From Pyrinomonadaceae bacterium (GTDB lineage Bacteria; Acidobacteriota; Blastocatellia; Pyrinomonadales; Pyrinomonadaceae): DNA of 64,000 nucleotides. Under the pieces are notes generated by a model. It was not told where the DNA came from, searched no databases, and was given only the letters and a program-made list of their open reading frames with translations. The position numbers and the translations under genes are program-made. The DNA is taken from positions 64,001-128,000 of the forward strand of contig JBKBYA010000007.1 of assembly GCA_046313635.1 (NCBI GenBank), written 5' to 3'. Positions 10,199-19,012 of this stretch are shown piece by piece. Every line of letters starts with the position of its first letter. The first letter of the stretch is position 1.

Positions 10199-11857
10199 GT
10201 GAAAACGTCGGCCCATCCATCGCCTGCAAGAGAGAAGCAGTTTACCTGCACCGAGACCCGGCAACGCGGTACAACGGACCTGAGGTTCATCTCCGAACTC
10301 GGCCGGAGCCTTCTCTTTACCGTTCATCCGCGCAAGGTCGCGCTCCGCGTCGCCGAGGCTCTCCGCACCGGGGTCGGCGCCGCGATCTGCGCCTTTGTTG
10401 CCGAGCCGGACAACATCGGTCTCGTGAGCTGTGCATTTGACGCGCGGGGCGAGATCCGCGATGCGGACTTTCTCCAGCGGTCCAGATTTGAGGAATGGCT
10501 GCAGCTGCTGCCGCCGCAGATCGGATATTCCGAGTCAAACCGCGAACGATTCCTGCTCGGCGGCGAGCACGCTGTCGAGTACGTCTCGCCTCTCCACATC
10601 AACGGCGTGATCAAGGGCGCGATCGTAACGGGCTTTGCCGCCGAGGCCGAGCTCGACGAGGCGGGGACACGGCTTATCGACGCCGCGACGCAGATGGCCG
10701 CGATGAGCATCAACCTCTCGGCCCATTACGAGACGGCGATCGACAATTCGATCAATCAGGCGCGAGAGGAGCATCGGCGGTTTACCGAGGCGGTCCTGGA
10801 CGCTCTGCCCGTCTCGCTGTACGTCGTCGATCGCGACTTCCGCATCGTGACCTGGAATCGCCATCGGGAGATCGGCGCACAGGGCATCCCGCGGCAATCG
10901 GCGATCGGACGAGACGTCTTCGAGGTGCTCGCCCGCTACCCGCAGGGCCGTCTGCGGCGCGAATTCGAACGGGCGTTTGCCACAGGACAGATCGAGCGCA
11001 TCGAACAGCAAACGATCGACGAGGACGGCACGACGCGGCATTGGATGGTCAGCAAGGTGCCGATGCGGGCACCCGACACCGACGAGATAACGCACGTCAT
11101 CACGGTCGGCGAGGACGTCACACAGCGTGTCGAGGCCGTTCAGGCCATCGCCCGCGCCGAGAAGCTTGCGGCCGTCGGACGCCTGGCCGCGGGCGTCGTC
11201 CACGAGATCAACAATCCGCTCGCGACCATATCCGCCTGCGCCGAGGCGCTCGAGCAGCGGGTCAATGAGGGCGCCTTCGACGGTACCGACGGACTTGAGG
11301 ACCTGACCGAGTATCTCGATCTGATCAAGAGCGAGGCCTTTCGGTGCAAATCGATCACGACCGGGCTCCTCGACTTTAGCCGTATGCGGGCCGGCAACCG
11401 CCATGAGCTCAATATCGGCGAGGTCCTTCGCTCCTCGGCAAACCTGATCTCGCACCAAAAGCGCGGCAATTCGATCGAGATCAGGCTCGACATCGCGGAC
11501 GATCTGCAATCGGTGGTCGGCGACAGCGGCCAGATACAGCAGGCGGTGATCGCTCTCAGCACCAACGCGATCGACGCGATGCCGTCCGGCGGCAGGCTTA
11601 CGCTGCGTGCATTTAATCAGGCAAACGGCGTGGTCATCGAGGTCGAGGACACCGGGCTCGGGATCACACCCGAAAATCTCTCCAAGATCTTTGAACCCTT
11701 CTTCACGACCAAAGAGATCGGGCGCGGCACCGGCCTCGGCCTCTCTGTCTGCTACGGCATCATCACCGATCACGGCGGCCGGCTCGCGGTACGCTCCTCG
11801 GTCGGCAAGGGTACCGTATTCTCGATACTGCTGCCGGTCGCTCCCCGAGCGGCGTAG
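10199..11857 (+). CDS. GAF/PAS sensor histidine kinase (NtrB-like)
   Basis: [11 protein letters not shown]-box, N box [25 protein letters not shown]. Confidence 0.93.
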   Translation: MKTSAHPSPAREKQFTCTETRQRGTTDLRFISELGRSLLFTVHPRKVALRVAEALRTGVGAAICAFVAEPDNIGLVSCAFDARGEIRDADFLQRSRFEEWLQLLPPQIGYSESNRERFLLGGEHAVEYVSPLHINGVIKGAIVTGFAAEAELDEAGTRLIDAATQMAAMSINLSAHYETAIDNSINQAREEHRRFTEAVLDALPVSLYVVDRDFRIVTWNRHREIGAQGIPRQSAIGRDVFEVLARYPQGRLRREFERAFATGQIERIEQQTIDEDGTTRHWMVSKVPMRAPDTDEITHVITVGEDVTQRVEAVQAIARAEKLAAVGRLAAGVVHEINNPLATISACAEALEQRVNEGAFDGTDGLEDLTEYLDLIKSEAFRCKSITTGLLDFSRMRAGNRHELNIGEVLRSSANLISHQKRGNSIEIRLDIADDLQSVVGDSGQIQQAVIALSTNAIDAMPSGGRLTLRAFNQANGVVIEVEDTGLGITPENLSKIFEPFFTTKEIGRGTGLGLSVCYGIITDHGGRLAVRSSVGKGTVFSILLPVAPRAA

Positions 11858-11914
11858 GGCCTCGCGGTACTGGCCGCCGCATCCTCACGCCCACGCCCCA
11901 AAGAGAATATTCAT

Positions 11915-13312
11915 ATGGCAAAACTTCTGGTAGTTGACGACGAAAGAAACCTCCGCCTCGTAGTGCAAAAAGAGATGTCCCGCCAGGGTCACGAGGTGAT
12001 CACGGCCGCCGACGGCGAAGAAGCTTGGGAGGCGCTCGAGGCGCGAGACTTTGACGTGCTGCTGTGCGACATAAATATGCCGCGGCTCGACGGCATGGGC
12101 CTGCTCCGCCGTTTATGCGAGAAGAGCCCAAATCGCCCCGAGGTGATCATGCTTACCGGGCAGGCGACCGTCGAGACCGCGATCGAGGCGATGAAGCTCG
12201 GCGCCTACGACTATCTCACCAAGCCTTACCGCATCGCCGAGCTCGGGGCCCTCGTCGAGCAGGCGGCTGAGAAACAGCGCCTCAAGGTCGACAATCAGCG
12301 GCTGCGGGCCCACGTCGAGCGCACCGCCAACTCCATTCCCGACATCGTTGCCCAGTCGCCGCAGATGAAGGAGGTCCTGCGTCTGGTCCAGCGCGTCGCG
12401 CCGTCGGACACTTCTGTCCTCATCACCGGCGAATCGGGCACTGGCAAAGAACTCGTCGCTCAGGCGATCCATCGGCTGAGCGCTCGCAGCGACAAGCCCT
12501 TTGTCGATCTCAACTGCGCCGCACTGCAGGACACGCTTCTCGAATCGGAGCTTTTTGGTCACGAGGCCGGCGCCTTCTCGGGCGCCAAGGCCCGCAAGCT
12601 GGGGCTCTTCGAGATCGCCGACGGCGGCACGCTCTTTCTCGACGAGGTGATGGAGATGCCGGCCCAGCTGCAGTCAAAACTGCTGCGGGCGCTCGAGACG
12701 CGCTCGTTCTACCGCGTCGGCGGCATCAAAAAGGTCGAGGTCAACGTACGCGTGATCGCGGCGACCAATCGCGACAAGGATCGCGCGGTCGCCGAGGGCG
12801 CGTTCCGCTCGGACCTGATGTACCGGATCAACAGCTTTGAGATCCACATTCCGCCGCTGCGCACCCGCCGCGAGGATATCGAGCCGCTGACCCGACATCT
12901 TCTCGACCAACTCAAGGGGCCGAGAGATTTGTCGATCGACGACGCGGCCCTCGAGGCGATGAAGAATTACGACTGGAGCGGCAACGTCAGACAGCTCCGC
13001 AACTGTCTCGAGCGGGCCGCGCTGCTCTGCGATAAAGATACGATCACGATCAAGGAGCTCCCGCCCGAGGTCGTGTATCGCGTCGAGCGGCCAAACGTCA
13101 ACGTCAGCTACAACGTCGCGGCGGCGCCTAAGACAGATCCCGTCCCATTCAGCAACGCCAGCCCGACCAACCTCCGCGAGGTCGAAAAGCAGCAGATCAT
13201 CGGGGCACTCGAAAAGACCGGCTGGCACCGCGGCAAGACCGCCGAGCTGCTCGGCATCTCGCCCTCGACGCTCTATCGCCGGCTGCGCGAGTACGGTCTC
13301 GACGCGAGATAG
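11915..13312 (+). CDS. Sigma54-dependent response regulator (REC-AAA-HTH)
   Basis: REC domain, GESGTGKE, ELFGHEAGAFSGA, Fis-type HTH. Confidence 0.95.
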   Translation: MAKLLVVDDERNLRLVVQKEMSRQGHEVITAADGEEAWEALEARDFDVLLCDINMPRLDGMGLLRRLCEKSPNRPEVIMLTGQATVETAIEAMKLGAYDYLTKPYRIAELGALVEQAAEKQRLKVDNQRLRAHVERTANSIPDIVAQSPQMKEVLRLVQRVAPSDTSVLITGESGTGKELVAQAIHRLSARSDKPFVDLNCAALQDTLLESELFGHEAGAFSGAKARKLGLFEIADGGTLFLDEVMEMPAQLQSKLLRALETRSFYRVGGIKKVEVNVRVIAATNRDKDRAVAEGAFRSDLMYRINSFEIHIPPLRTRREDIEPLTRHLLDQLKGPRDLSIDDAALEAMKNYDWSGNVRQLRNCLERAALLCDKDTITIKELPPEVVYRVERPNVNVSYNVAAAPKTDPVPFSNASPTNLREVEKQQIIGALEKTGWHRGKTAELLGISPSTLYRRLREYGLDAR

Positions 13313-13339
13313 CCGAAAGAGCTCGGGAGCCAACTGAAA

Positions 13340-13978
13340 ATGAAAATGTCCCTCATTTTTTTGTCCGCGCTGTCTGCGCTGGTTCCCGTCGCTCTTCTGG
13401 CCCAGGAACCTGTCCCGGCGGCGACGCCGGACGCTGCGCCGACCGCGGTCAAGCGGACTCGCACCTTTGACCAGTTCGATCTCCCCGGAGGCGTTCAGGT
13501 CAAACCGGCGCAGGGACAAACCGACGGCCCGATCACGGTCGAGCTCGTGAATGCCGATACCTACGCGGGACTGCTGAAGCTGGTCGATTATTTTGCTCGC
13601 GTCGAGACAGAGTATCGAGCGACTGACGGTCAGGCGTTCGACCCGGTCAGCCCGGACCAGCCCGAACGCGCCCTGAGCCGTAAGCTCAACGCCATCTACC
13701 GCGTCACCGAGATCTACGGCAAGGGGCTGCTCGGCCAGGCTCCGCTGGCAAGCGCATCAAATCAGGCGCTGCTCGCCGAAGTTCAGATGATCATTCGTGA
13801 AGCCCTGGCGGTCGCCGCCGTCCGGGGCGACTGGACTCACAACACTGCCAAGCTCGCCGAGCTCGCCGACAAGTACGATGCTGCCTCATCAGATAAGCGA
13901 GTGCTCCTGACCGCAATGCTCGGGCAGCTCAATCGACGCATGACACGGCTCAAGGGCCAGATCGCGGTCAAGCAGTAG
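13340..13978 (+). CDS. Exported hypothetical protein
   Basis: Signal peptide; follows response regulator in same direction. Confidence 0.65.
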   Translation: MKMSLIFLSALSALVPVALLAQEPVPAATPDAAPTAVKRTRTFDQFDLPGGVQVKPAQGQTDGPITVELVNADTYAGLLKLVDYFARVETEYRATDGQAFDPVSPDQPERALSRKLNAIYRVTEIYGKGLLGQAPLASASNQALLAEVQMIIREALAVAAVRGDWTHNTAKLAELADKYDAASSDKRVLLTAMLGQLNRRMTRLKGQIAVKQ

Positions 13979-14032
13979 GCGCGGCGGACAGCTGCGACGC
14001 ACGACGGCGGTACTCGAAAAAAATAGAACGAT

Positions 14033-16441
14033 CTAGTTGACGACCGAATGTCGATCGAGCAGGTCGTGGGCGAGCTCGATGACCGTCGACGGATCGACGG
14101 GCTTGGCGATGTGCAGTTGGTAGCCCGCGTCGATCGCCTTTCGACGGTCCTCGGGCCGGGCATAAGCCGTGAGGGCGATCGCGGGCACGGCCGGCGACCC
14201 CGACCGCCGCTCGATCTCGCGGACGTCGCCTATCAGGCTATAACCATCCTTTCGGCTGAGGCCGATATCCGAGACGATCAGGTCCGGACGCCGCACCTTG
14301 AATCTCTCAAGCGCCTCGTCGGCCGACGCCGCGGTCTCGACCTCTGACCCGCACTGTTCAAAAGCGAGGCGCAGCACCTCGAGCGTGTCCGGCTCGTCCT
14401 CGACGATCAGGACCAGCGAGCGGTCGAGCTGCGGAGGCCCCGCAGCGGCCGCCGCGGGACCGCTTGTCGATGTGTTGCCCGGCGGCGGCGCACCGATCGG
14501 CAGTCGAACGGTAAAGGTCGCGCCTCTGTCGATACCGTCACTCGCCGCCGTGACCGTTCCGCCGTGCAGCTCGACGATGTGCTTGACGATCGAGAGGCCG
14601 AGCCCCAGGCCCGAAAAGCTTCGCGTGATCGACCCGTCAGCCTGGCGAAATCTATCAAACACGAACGGCAAAAACTCGCTCTTGATCCCGCTGCCGGTAT
14701 CGCTGACCGTCAGCAGGACGTGCGACTCACTCGGCTCGAGCGTGACGTCGACGCTGCCGCCCTCGGGCGTAAACTTGATCGCGTTTGAAAGCAGGTTCCA
14801 AGAGACCTGCTGCAGCCGGTCGTGGTCGCCTGTGACAAAAGCCGTTGCGGACGCAATGTGCGTCGTCAATCTGATGTGCTTGGCATCGGCCGCGGGCCTG
14901 ACCGTATCGACCGCGGCGTGGACGACCTTTACGAGATCGACGCGAGAGTTATCGATCTGCAGCTTGCCGCTGACGATGCGCGACACGTCGAGAAGGTCTT
15001 CGATCAGCTGGATCTGAGACCGCGCGCCGCGCTCGATCGCAGCGACGGCCCGCTGCTGCGCGTCGTACGCTGAGGGGATCGACGACTGGCCGCCTTCTCT
15101 GAGGATGGCCGTCCAGCCGATGATCGAATTCAGGGGCGTCCGCAGCTCGTGCGATACGGTCGCGAGAAACTCGTCCTTCAGTCGATTTGCTTCCTCGGCG
15201 TGCTCGCGCAGGAGCCTTTCCTCGTTGAGTTTTTGTTCGCGTTCGCGCTCGTAGAGCTTTTGCTGCGTGACGTCGACCTGCGCGGCGATGCAGCCGAGCA
15301 CGTTGTCGTCGTCGTCGACGATCGGCGCGGCAAAGCAGTAGATCGATATGCGGCTGCCGTCGGCCCTTTCGATCTCGAGCTCCTCGTTGAGGATCGCCCG
15401 CTTTTGCGCGACGGCACGCTGCATCGGCAGCTCGTCGGCCGTGAGTTCTCTGCCGCCCTTGAAGTGACGATACGGCAGTCCGTGATGGTTCAGCGACACG
15501 TTATCGCCCGGCGCCATGCCGACCATCTCGGCAAGCGCGGGGTTGGCGACGATGGTATCGCAGCTTGCGTCCTGCGCGACGGCGATGCCGATCGGGGCCA
15601 ACTCGATTATCGTCTGCAGCTCGCGAATGCGCCGGTTAAGCTCTCGGTTAAGACTCTGTATCTTTAACTCGCTGGCTTTTGTCTCGGTAATATCGTAATT
15701 CACGCCCAGCAGTCTGACTCGGCCGTCGTCGTCACGAATGATACGCCCCTGCGTCGCGAGCCAGCGAACGCGGCCGTCGTCGCGGCGGCGAATGCGAAAT
15801 TCGCCGTAAAAGTTCGGAGAGCCTTCTTCGATAAGTCGGTTGATGTTCTCGAGGGCGACCTCGCGGTCCTCGGGCAGGATCAGATCGGCCCATCCCGCGG
15901 CGGCCGCTTCGGAGTCGCGTTCGATGCCGGCGAGCTGGTATATGCCGTCAGACCACTCGACCCGATCGGTCGCGAGGTCCCACTCCCAGATCCCGACGCC
16001 CACCGCGCTCTCGGCCAGACGGGCCCGTTCTTTTGCCTCGCGCAGGATCGCGGCGGCCCGCCTTGAATCTTCGGCAGCCTCGCTGCGCGCGGCGTCAAGC
16101 TCGCGCCTCACGGCCTGACGCGTCGTGATCGCCCAGGTCACGATAGTGCCGATCAGACAAAAAATTATGGTTTGCGTGAGACTGCCGCTGCTGAGGCTCA
16201 GCTCGAGTGGGGGCTCGATCACAAAAAGGTTCAAGGCCGCGGCGGCGATCAGCGTCGCGGCCACGCCGGGCCCGAACCCGCCGAGCAGGCTGGCAAGCAC
16301 GACGGCCGGAAAAGCGGTAACGAACGGCAGATCGCTGCCGAGCAGCGGGTTGAGCGCCGTGCGCAGCACGACACTCGCTGCCGCGAACGCGACCGCCGCG
16401 GCGTAGCGGGAAGCAATACTAGCGAGAAAACTGCCGACCAT
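14033..16441 (-). CDS. Hybrid sensor kinase (membrane DUF4118-like, PAS, HisKA, HATPase, REC)
   Basis: FLATVSHELRTPL, NLLSNAIKFT, GLGLGL, C-terminal REC. Confidence 0.93.
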   Translation of the reverse strand: MVGSFLASIASRYAAAVAFAAASVVLRTALNPLLGSDLPFVTAFPAVVLASLLGGFGPGVAATLIAAAALNLFVIEPPLELSLSSGSLTQTIIFCLIGTIVTWAITTRQAVRRELDAARSEAAEDSRRAAAILREAKERARLAESAVGVGIWEWDLATDRVEWSDGIYQLAGIERDSEAAAAGWADLILPEDREVALENINRLIEEGSPNFYGEFRIRRRDDGRVRWLATQGRIIRDDDGRVRLLGVNYDITETKASELKIQSLNRELNRRIRELQTIIELAPIGIAVAQDASCDTIVANPALAEMVGMAPGDNVSLNHHGLPYRHFKGGRELTADELPMQRAVAQKRAILNEELEIERADGSRISIYCFAAPIVDDDDNVLGCIAAQVDVTQQKLYEREREQKLNEERLLREHAEEANRLKDEFLATVSHELRTPLNSIIGWTAILREGGQSSIPSAYDAQQRAVAAIERGARSQIQLIEDLLDVSRIVSGKLQIDNSRVDLVKVVHAAVDTVRPAADAKHIRLTTHIASATAFVTGDHDRLQQVSWNLLSNAIKFTPEGGSVDVTLEPSESHVLLTVSDTGSGIKSEFLPFVFDRFRQADGSITRSFSGLGLGLSIVKHIVELHGGTVTAASDGIDRGATFTVRLPIGAPPPGNTSTSGPAAAAAGPPQLDRSLVLIVEDEPDTLEVLRLAFEQCGSEVETAASADEALERFKVRRPDLIVSDIGLSRKDGYSLIGDVREIERRSGSPAVPAIALTAYARPEDRRKAIDAGYQLHIAKPVDPSTVIELAHDLLDRHSVVN

Positions 16442-16656
16442 CCTGCCCCGGATGCCTGTACCTTGGACCGAGCTCGTTTGCCGTGAGTGCCTGGGGAAAC
16501 GCCAGACTCAAAAGTCGGGCGTTGCCAAATCTTAGCACACGCACCGCACGCTCGGCGTGATCGCGAGACGGCAGGCCCGAGATCCACATTGGACCGATGC
16601 GGCATACGCGGCCCTGCAGCCGCGCACCGGCCGGCGCCGTCGGAGCGTTTTTGAAA

Positions 16657-17286
16657 CTATCGGCCGACACCGCCGCCCGGGCGTACATAAAACATGTACC
16701 GTCGTTCGGACAGCGGGAGGAGCTTCTCGTCAAACTCGCGGCCGGCAGCTGCGAGAGCTTGGCGCAGCGAGTGACCGCCGAACAAGATCATCGGCAGCCC
16801 GCGCGACCAGCGAATGATCCGCGGCAGCTTGTCGACGAATTTATCGAGCGCGCGGCACGTCACGAAGTCGATCTCGAGAGGCTCGCGGACCTCTTCGAAT
16901 TGTCGATCGATGAGTCTTGCCCGCGGCTCGAGATCGAGGGCCCGAAGCGCGGCGAGCAGATATGCGGACTTCTTCTCTTTTGACTCGATCAGCGTCGCAT
17001 TTAGGTCACACCGCGCGATCAGGCACGGAATGGCCGGCAGACCGGCTCCCGTTCCGATGTCGGCAAAGCGCGAACCGGCGGGCAAGCGCTCGTTCATCAT
17101 CAGCGACTCGAGCACGTGCCGGGTCGCAAATTCCTCGGCCGTACAAGGCGCGACGAGATGGAGCATCGGATTGTGCCGCTCGACGAGCTCGTAAAACTCG
17201 CCGAGCCGCTCAAGCGCCTCGTCGGTAAGGTCGACACCAAAAGCCGCCTGGTTTGCCCGGATAGCGTCGATAAATCGTTCACGCAT
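16657..17286 (-). CDS. rsmG: 16S rRNA m7G527 methyltransferase
   Basis: RHVLESL, DIGTGAGLPAIP, LIESKEKK, VTCRA. Confidence 0.9.
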   Translation of the reverse strand: MRERFIDAIRANQAAFGVDLTDEALERLGEFYELVERHNPMLHLVAPCTAEEFATRHVLESLMMNERLPAGSRFADIGTGAGLPAIPCLIARCDLNATLIESKEKKSAYLLAALRALDLEPRARLIDRQFEEVREPLEIDFVTCRALDKFVDKLPRIIRWSRGLPMILFGGHSLRQALAAAGREFDEKLLPLSERRYMFYVRPGGGVGR

Positions 17287-17397
17287 GAAATGAGTCTATC
17301 GTGCCTTGCCGCCAACGCGTGCCGGCAGCCTAGCCGAAAAACAAAAAAGGAACAAAGACCTTTCGCCTTTATCCCTTCGCCTTGCGACTTTATTTTA

Positions 17398-17452
17398 TGG
17401 TGCGGACGAGAAGAATCGAACTTCCACTGCCTTGCGGCAACAGGCTTCTGAG
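17398..17452 (-). other. att site: displaced 3' half of tRNA-Leu(CAG)
   Basis: Minus strand CTCAGAA-GCCTG, variable arm, AGTTCGATTCT, GTCCGCACCA; 5' half absent, break at anticodon loop; next to integrase. Confidence 0.85.
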
Positions 17453-17518
17453 TCCGATATTTTGCCTCTTGACTATCAACAGGTTACGGCTGTAAACTAC
17501 TGATAACAAGAGGGTTAG

Positions 17519-17606
17519 CTGGACACTTCTGGACACTTAAGGCCCTCTTCACGACACCGGCGGACGGCTTTTCGGGTGGCTTTCTACCCGAAAATCTACC
17601 CGAAAA
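17519..17606. repeat. Candidate integrase arm/accessory binding repeats
   Basis: CTGGACACTT x2 (17519-17538); TCTACCCGAAAA x2 (17583-17606) with inverted TTTTCGGGT just upstream. Confidence 0.55.
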
Positions 17607-18802
17607 GGAATTGGGTCATGATAATTCCCGACAAGTACAAATCTCAGGGCTACTTCTCCCGCGTCACCAAAGAGCGAACGATCCGCAAGAACAAAGAATA
17701 CCAATACAGGGCGATCTTTTCCATCTGGGACGGTCAGAAGTGGAATACCCAATCGAACACCAAAGGCCTGACGACGAAGGACCTCGCCGACGAGTGGCTA
17801 GAAGCGAAGGTGAAGGAGTTGACCGAGAAGGGGAAGGACATAATGCTCAACCCCGAGACGGTGAAGGGGTTCACCGAAGCCCATTACAAACCTTTTCTGA
17901 GGGACCACAAGAAGATCCAGTACGAGCAGGAATTCCAGAAGCTGGATGTGATCTGCGAATTTTTCGAGGACAAGCTCATCGACGAGGTGACGAAGCTGGA
18001 CGTGTTGGCGTTCAAGACCTGGGTTCTGAAAAGGCCCTACAAGCGCGGCAAAGGGGAGAAGAAGCGGTCCGACGCGTCCGCGAATCGCTACCTGTCACGT
18101 CTGCGCGGCTTGCTGAATTTCGCCGAAGAGGTCGGCAAACGGAGGAGCCACATCTCGTTCAAGAACATCATCGCCAAAGAGGATCCGAAACAGTCTTACA
18201 TCTCATTCGATGAATTCATGCGAGTGCTGGACGCTTGCTACGAGGTCCCGAAGTGTAACCGATGGAAGCGGGATCGTTCGCACCTGCGCCTGACGCTCAT
18301 CGGCGGCTACACGACAGGATTGCGGATCGATGAGCTGCGGCACGTCGTACGCGGGATGGTGAAAACCGACCATTCGAGGCGGATCGGCGTGATCAAGTTG
18401 GTGATGAAGGATTCCCGGAACAAGATCCACACCAAGACGGTAGACGTTTCAACCTGGCTCTACGACGAAATGGAAGCGGCCGGCGTTTTCGAACGCGCGG
18501 ACGACGAAAAAGTGTTCGACACGACGAACTATTACAACCTGGTCAAAGATCTGTTCCGGCGAGCGGGGGTGAGCGACGACGTTACGTTCCACACGTTACG
18601 TGCGGCGAACGCGACGGAACGCGATACGGCGGGCCAGGATCGCGAATCGATCCACGCGGGGCTGGGCTGGGCGAAGGACAGCAACGTGCCCGAGAAGCAC
18701 TACCTGCGGCATCAGGACCACCATGTTATCGAGAAGGGTTCCCCCTACAATGAAAGGCTGCAGAGGTTAAGGCAACATCACTCCGAAAGAACCCCAGAAT
18801 GA
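17576..18802 (+). CDS. Tyrosine recombinase/integrase
   Basis: TGLRIDEL (R), FHTLR (HxxR), LGW, HYL (Y); SAM-like ASANRYLSRLRGLL; start may be ATG 17618. Confidence 0.9.
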   Translation: MAFYPKIYPKRNWVMIIPDKYKSQGYFSRVTKERTIRKNKEYQYRAIFSIWDGQKWNTQSNTKGLTTKDLADEWLEAKVKELTEKGKDIMLNPETVKGFTEAHYKPFLRDHKKIQYEQEFQKLDVICEFFEDKLIDEVTKLDVLAFKTWVLKRPYKRGKGEKKRSDASANRYLSRLRGLLNFAEEVGKRRSHISFKNIIAKEDPKQSYISFDEFMRVLDACYEVPKCNRWKRDRSHLRLTLIGGYTTGLRIDELRHVVRGMVKTDHSRRIGVIKLVMKDSRNKIHTKTVDVSTWLYDEMEAAGVFERADDEKVFDTTNYYNLVKDLFRRAGVSDDVTFHTLRAANATERDTAGQDRESIHAGLGWAKDSNVPEKHYLRHQDHHVIEKGSPYNERLQRLRQHHSERTPE

Positions 18803-19012
18803 TTACGGGTTATTGGGGTCGAACGGGCTAAAAAACGGATTCTGCTCAACTTGACAGCTGTGCGAACCCAAAAGCGGGCGAATTCGCAAGAGTTCCGCAA
18901 AACCTTCTCCGCCACCATCACCGGATACGGATTGACACATAGATCAATTGAGCGAAGAGGTCGGTCCCTTTTTGCGCGGGCGGCGGACGCGTCGTGCCTC
19001 TATCGCGATGGA

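Noticed and set aside
339..17286. queA, tRNA-Leu and rsmG as part of the RNA-damage system
   Set aside because: They lie outside the att boundary; proximity is explained by tRNA-targeted integration
17398..17452. Functional tRNA gene
   Set aside because: 5' acceptor strand, D-arm and 5' anticodon stem are missing
5257..17452. Island bounded by tRNA-Leu(CAA) and the tRNA fragment
   Set aside because: The two sequences differ (CAA versus CAG isoacceptors) and the genes between look like host core or regulatory genes
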